35,591 bases of DNA from Octopus bimaculoides (Eukaryota). How positions within the stretch are numbered: position 1 is the first letter of the stretch; each line of letters opens with the position of its first letter. The notes below the pieces were generated by a model. That model was not told the origin of the DNA. It saw only the letters and a program-made list of their open reading frames with translations, and ran no database searches. The DNA lies in assembly GCF_001194135.2 (NCBI RefSeq), contig NC_068990.1, positions 69,719,221 to 69,754,811 of the forward strand, read 5' to 3'. The position numbers and the translations under genes were made by a program. Positions 32,506-35,591 of this stretch are shown here, in pieces.

Positions 32506-33971
32506 GATGATTATGACCGGAACACTTCCGATCATGGGTCTATCATGACCTGCGTTTAAACAAATATAACACAAAATACAAAGGTTTTTTGTCTCGGGTG
32601 TCTGCATGAATCTCTTTGTGTCCTACATTGTTGTTTTAACGGATGTTCTTTCTTCCGAATTTCTGTGGTTTCTTACCTTGATATTTGCTATTAGTTGGAT
32701 CCGTTTATCCATTTGATAGTATGCACAATCACAAATACAACACGTCTGTAGTGCAATAAAAATCGTGTTAAGCTGACATCGAATTTGATTGGACAATTTT
32801 AGGTTAACGAAGGCAATTTCATATGGTCCGGTATGCTATATCACACTTATTTTCTGGACATCTAAACTTCACCACCATCCTACACACATAATTCATATTT
32901 CAGGAAGAACGAAAGACTGTTTAAAAATCTGATTGGTTGATATGACGTTTTTTTTTTTTGTTTTTTTTTTCTGGTCTATTAATTTTATTTNNNNNNNNNN
33001 NNNNNNNNNNNNNNNNNNNNNNNNNNNNNNNNNNNNNNNNNNNNNNNNNNNNNNNNNNNNNNNNNNNNNNNNNNNNNNNNNNNNNNNNNNNNNNNNNNNN
33101 NNNNNNNNNNNNNNNNNNNNNNNNNNNNNNNNNNNNNNNNNNNNNNNNNNNNNNNNNNNNNNNNNNNNNNNNNNNNNNNNNNNNNNNNNNNNNNNNNNNN
33201 NNNNNNNNNNNNNNNNNNNNNNNNNNNNNNNNNNNNNNNNNNNNNNNNNNNNNNNNNNNNNNNNNNNNNNNNNNNNNNNNNNNNNNNNNNNNNNNNNNNN
33301 NNNNNNNNNNNNNNNNNNNNNNNNNNNNNNNNNNNNNNNNNNNNNNNNNNNNNNNNNNNNNNNNNNNNNNNNNNNNNNNNNNNNNNNNNNNNNNNNNNNN
33401 NNNNNNNNNNNNNNNNNNNNNNNNNNNNNNNNNNNNNNNNNNNNNNNNNNNNNNNNNNNNNNNNNNNNNNNNNNNNNNNNNNNNNNNNNNNNNNNNNNNN
33501 NNNNNNNNNNNNNNNNNNNNNNNNNNNNNNNNNNNNNNNNNNNNNNNNNNNNNNNNNNNNNNNNNNNNNNNNNNNNNNNNNNNNNNNNNNNNNNNNNNNN
33601 NNNNNNNNNNNNNNNNNNNNNNNNNNNNNNNNNNNNNNNNNNNNNNNNNNNNNNNNNNNNNNNNNNNNNNNNNNNNNNNNNNNNNNNNNNNNNNNNNNNN
33701 NNNNNNNNNNNNNNNNNNNNNNNNNNNNNNNNNNNNNNNNNNNNNNNNNNNNNNNNNNNNNNNNNNNNNNNNNNNNNNNNNNNNNNNNNNNNNNNNNNNN
33801 NNNNNNNNNNNNNNNNNNNNNNNNNNNNNNNNNNNNNNNNNNNNNNNNNNNNNNNNNNNNNNNNNNNNNNNNNNNNNNNNNNNNNNNNNNNNNNNNNNNN
33901 NNNNNNNNNNNNNNNNNNNNNNNNNNNNNNNNNNNNNNNNNNNNNNNNNNNNNNNNNNNNNNNNNNNNNNN

Positions 33972-34095
33972 ATAAGTACCAGACTTTAAAAAATAAGTAA
34001 TGGAGTAGATTCCATGACTAAAATAAAAGAAATCTTGGAAGTAGTGCTCCAACATGATCGCAATCTAGTGACTGAGACAAGAAGAGATAAAAGAT
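33972..34095 (+). mobile_element. SINE 3' end after the gap
   Basis: ATAAGTACCAG...GTGCTCCAACATGATCGCAATCTAGTGACTGAGACAAG. Confidence 0.7.
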
Positions 34096-34356
34096 ATGTC
34101 ATGCATCTGTGAACAATAGCGTTGTATGTTACAGGCCTTTAACGGACCAATAATTGGTTCACTTGATTTCTGGTGAGCAGACTGATCAGAGATGTATCTA
34201 GAGTTCAGCCATTAAAAGTCTCTAAGCTCACCAGTATTTTATATGACATTCTTTCATCAATACTCTTGAACTGCTGTTCCACTCATGACATCCTTTCGCT
34301 TGTTTTCAATCTCTTCTCGTCTATTCTTATTGCACCGACTCTGTAACTCTCTCTGT

Positions 34357-34622
34357 GGAGGCACATGACCAGATAGTTACGCTGTTGAGCTCACTATCAT
34401 AAATTTATGGTTTCGATTCCTGGATCCTGCAGTCAATTGCGTCTTTGAACAACGTTCTTCATTTCATGTTGCTTCAAAGCTACCAAATAGCAGATTCATT
34501 AGAGCTCCAGATAGATTGCGTTATAATCGTGATTCTCTTCACTCTGTGTACAAATTCTATCAAGATAAACTTTGCCTTTCGGAATCGATAAATAAAGTAC
34601 CAGTCTGGTACTGGGTTGATTC
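34357..34622 (+). mobile_element. Diverged tRNA-derived SINE (family A-type head plus Meta-like domain)
   Basis: GGAGGCACATGACCAGATAGTTA...GGTTTCGATTCCTGGA...TCTTTGAACAACGTTCTTCATTTCATGTTGCT, later CTTTGCCTTTCGGAATCGATAAATAAAGTACCAG. Confidence 0.6.
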
Positions 34623-34811
34623 TTCCCTTTCTTTCTGTCCCTCTCTTTCTCTCTTCTTGAAGAAACTAACTGTGGTCAGATACGAAACGGGATGAGTCAC
34701 AACAGCTCTAAAAATGCCTGATGCTATATTTATTCCGGCCAACCTACAGTCCAGGGTTGAGTTAATCCATAACAAAAATGAAACGCTAAGTAAATAGAAG
34801 TCGGTTTTAGT

Positions 34812-34880
34812 GTCGGAACACTACGATTTGAACCCAGGACGTCTAGTTTAAAGTACTTAGCTTGCCACACGACCACAGCA
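34812..34880 (-). mobile_element. tRNA-like SINE head remnant
   Basis: Minus strand GGTCGTGTGGCAAG...CCTGGGTTCAAATC. Confidence 0.4.
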
Positions 34881-35531
34881 GCAGTAAATAAGTTCTTTCA
34901 TTCACCCACTCCACTACTGTTCAGTAGTATCTGTGGAACATAACTAAAATGTGTTCGGCTCCTCTGACATATGTCTGACATCGTTTTTCTCAAACAAATA
35001 CCTCTTTTGAGGTATTTAAAATTTTACCCTATATTTTCCAGGAAATAAAAAGAAAAAAACTACAGACAGTGAACATGAATGGCATGAGTGAAAGATTAAG
35101 CTTTTCAACACATAATTAAAGGAATAATTAATTAAATGCCGTCCTAGAAAGCAGTTCTAAGGAATATGATTGGATAATTGTCGAAGCTGCTGCGAAAATG
35201 TATTGGTTGAAGAAAATATGTTTGAAGAATTGCGTAGCATTCTGTGGTAAGCAAATACAGAAGGCTTTTAGCCATGTCTTTGTTTTAAATTACATTCTCT
35301 TTTAATTCATTATATGAGAACAGCTTATAGGCTGATGTTTGGTAAACAGTAAAACAGTGATACTTCCAATCCAAATTCTTATAAATCCCTAAGAAGTTGA
35401 ATCACGCCACAAACAGATTATGGATTCCCACATCCTGGTTTTCCACCTAATTTCACCATCTTTCGTTCTCGTAAGTTCAGCATAAAACAAAGAAATACAC
35501 ACATATATACAAACAAAAACGTACGCACACT

Positions 35532-35535
<4 letters not shown>

Positions 35536-35591
<56 letters not shown>
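35536..35591. repeat. (CA)n microsatellite
   Basis: Direct inspection. Confidence 0.95.

Noticed and set aside
32933-34055. ORFs of about 350 aa (also 8161-9080, 13361-14355, 4187-4780)
   Set aside because: Length comes from N-runs.

Overview
Eukaryotic, AT-rich, gap-containing scaffold (12 N-runs, about 3.5 kb) whose SINEs and microsatellites look like a coleoid cephalopod, most likely Octopus (inference from recalled repeat families, not verified). No complete protein-coding gene, rRNA, true tRNA or CRISPR array can be supported; almost all long ORFs in the track are N-runs or microsatellite translations. The window is a mosaic of decayed mobile elements: three to four tRNA-derived SINE families, RTE/RTE-X and HERO/NeSL-like LINE fragments, Penelope-like element (PLE) GIY-YIG fragments and termini, a Tc1, a DD37D maT, four mariners, Tc2/pogo-type MITEs, a TTAGGG-carrying MITE and a nested foldback cluster. 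The most interesting signal is a set of small hammerhead-ribozyme motifs at PLE-like termini: one with an intact catalytic core and an unusually long stem II (16570-16658, +), one with a single core substitution (2918-2953, -), and a two-copy family with a variant core (477-504 +, 25251-25278 -). Minimal hammerheads in PLEs are an established class; whether these particular variants are described is unknown. One weak candidate host exon is noted at 14871-15022.
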